Origin: Octopus sinensis | Lineage: Eukaryota | Direction of reading: 5' to 3' | Assembly: GCF_006345805.1 (NCBI RefSeq) | Contig: NC_042997.1 | Coordinates: 59,768,001-59,832,000, forward strand | Length of the DNA: 64,000 bases | Shown: in pieces, positions 63,530-64,000 of the stretch | Layout of the letters: the number at the start of each line of letters is the position of its first letter | Numbering within the stretch: the first letter of the stretch is position 1 | The notes under the pieces: model-generated | What the model saw: the letters and a program-made list of their open reading frames with translations, nothing else | Told to the model about the DNA's origin: nothing | Databases searched by the model: none | Translations under genes and position numbers: made by a program

Positions 63530-64000
63530 AAAAGCAACAAGAGAAGAAACAGGAGTTACAGAAGCAGCTATTACAGCAACAATTATTGGGTCTATATTCA
63601 AAGAAGTCCAAAAATGAGGTAAGTTCGTTTTCGCCAGACGGCGTTTCGAACTCGCTTAATAAATTCATTTATAATCCATAGGAAGGTATAATTTTAACGT
63701 ACTACAGAAGGTATGAGAGGATTTTTAAGCAAGATTGCAAATCATGGTCGGACGAACAAAATGTGAGATTGTTATTGTGAAAATTAACTCTGTTAGAGCA
63801 TGAACATTACTGTAATTTCAAATTGCCCCCAAAACCCAATGAAATTTGTTTTAAAGAAACAATAGAATTACTGTCGAACATATTCAGGGATAAAACTTCT
63901 CTAACACTCGAATGAAATGTTGGAATATAACGGAAAAAGAGAATACGTAGGAACAGTCAACAGGATGTGTGAAAGTTTTAAACTTAAAGAGCTTACACCT
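63530..64000 (+). mobile_element. Degenerate Gypsy-type LTR retrotransposon gag, running off the window
   Basis: Manual translation FSPDGVSNSLNKFIYNP*EG..YYRRYERIFKQDCKSWSDEQNVRLLL*KL..EHEHYCNF..FKETIELLSNIF resembles the gag of K02A2.6-like Gypsy elements. LTR boundaries were not resolved. Confidence 0.7.

Overview
AT-rich, repeat-dense eukaryotic DNA. The SINE repertoire, microsatellite load and LINE/Penelope families suggest a coleoid cephalopod, most likely Octopus (inference from recalled repeat families, not a database result). The only host protein-coding sequence I can support is the first coding exon of a sesquipedalian (PHETA1/2, FAM109, IPIP27) PH-domain gene on the minus strand (37220/37178 to a GT donor after 36726), with a CpG-containing TATA-less promoter candidate near 37.7 kb. 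Its downstream exons could not be located with confidence. The rest is a dense fossil record of mobile DNA: two CR1-group LINE copies, RTE and Penelope-like remnants, Tc1/mariner, hAT, Helitron and Gypsy remnants, about ten TTAA-flanked piggyBac-type MITEs and several tRNA-derived SINE families. The most unusual structures are: (1) a ~770-bp fold-back whose arms each carry a Penelope-type minimal hammerhead ribozyme motif; (2) a 2.5-kb composite-transposon-like unit bounded by two mariner MITEs and sitting in one TA site of a third element; (3) a 3' tail shared by the CR1 LINE and a SINE family with a conserved stem-loop, while the same SINE head also occurs with an RTE-type tail; (4) CpG decay in repeat copies left of ~34.7 kb, consistent with gene-body methylation. 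Coordinates of degenerate elements are approximate and were read by eye. I found no clearly novel multi-gene system.
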